A stretch of DNA of 64,000 bases from NCBI GenBank assembly GCA_032718475.1, contig JAUCBJ010006819.1:27800-91799 (forward strand), read 5' to 3'. Within the stretch, counting starts at the first letter, position 1. Each line of letters opens with the position of its first letter. The DNA comes from Nemertoderma westbladi. Its lineage: Eukaryota > Animalia > Xenacoelomorpha. The notes beneath the pieces were generated by a model. That model did no database searches. It saw only the letters and a list, made by a program, of their open reading frames with translations, and was not told where the DNA came from. Positions 61,830 through 64,000 of the stretch are shown one piece after another. A program made the translations under genes and the position numbers.

Positions 61830-63720
61830 CAATGGTTTAGACATTACGTCATTCTTACAGTTTTGTTGTTGTGATTTATTAATTCTTCTTATGATTTTGT
61901 ACTTCCGTTGATTGTAAATGCTGATTTCTGCTGTTACTGTTGCTTGATTTATGACTTTGAATAATGATTACTGCTTGAACTGACTCTTGATTTCTTTAAT
62001 CTTTGCAATGTAGCAAATTCTATAAGGATTTCCCTTCGACTGTCAGACTGTTTTGCTAATGCTTGCACCGATATGGTAATTGCTCACTTTCTGACTTTAG
62101 CATGTTGGGCTAAGGGTACCGGTAGGCGTTGAGGGCGCACTGTGGAAGCGATGGAAGGAGAGGTGGAGGATCCAATGTGCGGCAACGTTGGCAGAGGCCG
62201 GTAGTTGCGGTCGGGCGAACCAGAGTGGAAGACCGGGGACCGGTCGTCATTACGTCTGTTAGGGGGCTGGCGAACAAGATTTCGTCTCAGTATTGTAGCA
62301 CTAGGATTTTAGTGGGTTTAGCTAGGAGAACCGTATTTAGCTTGGGTGACCTTGGCTTATTACACTAGTGCTACGCCAGTGCTACAAACGCCACTAACAC
62401 TGTTAATGTATTGGTGGTTTACTGTTGTAAACACTGCTTTATGTTGTGTTGTTTAGAAAGTGCCTGATTAGATAGGCGCTATTCTCTTGATTGTTTCTAT
62501 TTCTAATTTATGCTTGTTAATTGCTGTTAGGTCAAATAATACAGTATTTAGACTGTTGCTAGTATAACTCAGTAGCGTAATTAATTAGTAATACATATTC
62601 TGGAATACTTAGTAATTAGTATGCAACTCTGTGTATTTGAGACACTGTAATTTACTTTAGCACTTAGAGTAAAATTAAGAATTTGTACGCTGCATAGCGG
62701 AGAATAGTTTGGGTAGATTACGTTTAGAAATACTTTAGGATATTCGATGCTAGGCGGTTATTTGAGAGTAGCGGGTCAGCAGGTTTACAGCGGTAGCTAG
62801 GGTAGCGCAGTAGTGATATCGCTGAGTTAAATCAGCGCAAGTTCAAATTTTCGACATTAGGAAATTAATACCCCATCTTTTGCATATTAAAATATTCTCA
62901 CATTCGTCATTGTTCCACCCAGCAAACTGCCTGTAGTTCTCTGTGGAAAGTGAACGCCGAGTGCTAAATCACCCGCACTCATATTAAGTAGCTTAGGAAG
63001 CCAATTCAGATTTATTATTTTGGTTATTTCTGTTTGGCTTATAAATTAGAACGATTAGCTCTCTGTTGGGATTTCGACAGAGAAAGGAGCATGTATGATT
63101 GGCAGAGCCGTACATAGTTTAACACTAATTATTTGCTTCCCTAACGTTCACATTAATTATACCATCACTAGCCTCACCATGATTATTTGTTATGTTATAT
63201 TATTTAAATTATTCTGATTATTTTTACCAGGATTATTTATTAAATTATTATTTATCGTAGTACTACTAACATTATTGTTATTTAAATTATTTTGATTATT
63301 TGTCGTACTAACATTAGGATTACTATTATTTGTTAAAACATTATTTCCTGTAAGAAATGTCTCGTTGTTATTAGAGTTATCCACTACGGCTTTATTAATA
63401 TTAACGTTCCCATTAAACGTATTGCCATTACCCCCCCCCCCCCCCCCCCCCCATCCGTCCGGCCACACCAGTTTTGTGTCTGTTGTCCGGTACCTGTAAG
63501 TGGGGTATTAACAAAGGTTTCCATCACCCCTGGTTCCTCATAAATACTTCCCGAACCAGCTTCGCTCTCTGATAAACCAATTTTTGCCAGTTCTAATCGG
63601 CGTTTTTGTCTCTCCTGGTACTGTGTTCGCGCTTTCAGACCTTTGGCAGTTTAATCCGCCAAATTAAGATGTCTTCTAGATATTAAATCGCTTTTTAGCC
63701 TATGACAAGTATTTGATTCA
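61830..63720 (-). pseudogene. Decayed coding-like sequence, possibly an LTR-retrotransposon gag (Asn-rich segment)
   Basis: Minus strand gives coding-like stretches (KARTQYQERQKRRLEL, Asn-rich tract, ENYRQFAGWNNDEC) broken by stops. No diagnostic motif recognised. Confidence 0.3.
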
Positions 63721-64000
63721 CTACACTAGTCGAAACCAATCTGTGCGCGATCATTCACCCGCTGGATATTCCCGGGAGATTGGGTTCGACGGTTTAATTT
63801 TATTGCTATGTAAGCCTAATGTATTATTCGACTGACAGTATTATATAATCTCTGACAATATTATTCACCTTAGGGAATATTAACAGTTCCTTTAGGACGT
63901 GGCGCTTTATTTATATAAACAGAGTTATGACTTAAACTACTCACAACGATATGGCTTAATTATAATTCACATATATGGCGCATTCTTTAGGAAATGCTTC

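Overview
AT-rich eukaryotic (animal, probably invertebrate; inference) genomic DNA dominated by transposons and tandem repeats. It is not prokaryotic and has no CRISPR array. Host genes: a lebercilin (LCA5)-domain protein (+), a 3-exon troponin C/calmodulin-like EF-hand gene (+), a 2-exon POLDIP2 homolog (-) and an intronless PLAC8-family gene (-). Mobile elements: (1) a structurally complete piggyBac (TTAA TSD, 13-bp TIRs) whose intact transposase is split by a GT-AG intron; (2) a second piggyBac broken by one in-frame TGA; (3) a foldback-type element with a 9-bp TSD; (4) a CRE-like RLE non-LTR retrotransposon whose RT frame is fused to about 114 mucin-like 10-aa repeats and which lacks the endonuclease core; (5) several copies of an RTE-group LINE; (6) an internally deleted, gag-only BEL/Pao element; (7) several MITEs. 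Satellites have 15, 21, 30, 32, 35, 47, 54 and 120-bp units. Non-coding DNA is strongly enriched in TA-flanked short words (TAGGCCTA, TACCGGTA, TACAGTA/TACTGTA) that look like DNA-transposon excision footprints. All calls were made by eye from sequence motifs and no database search was run.
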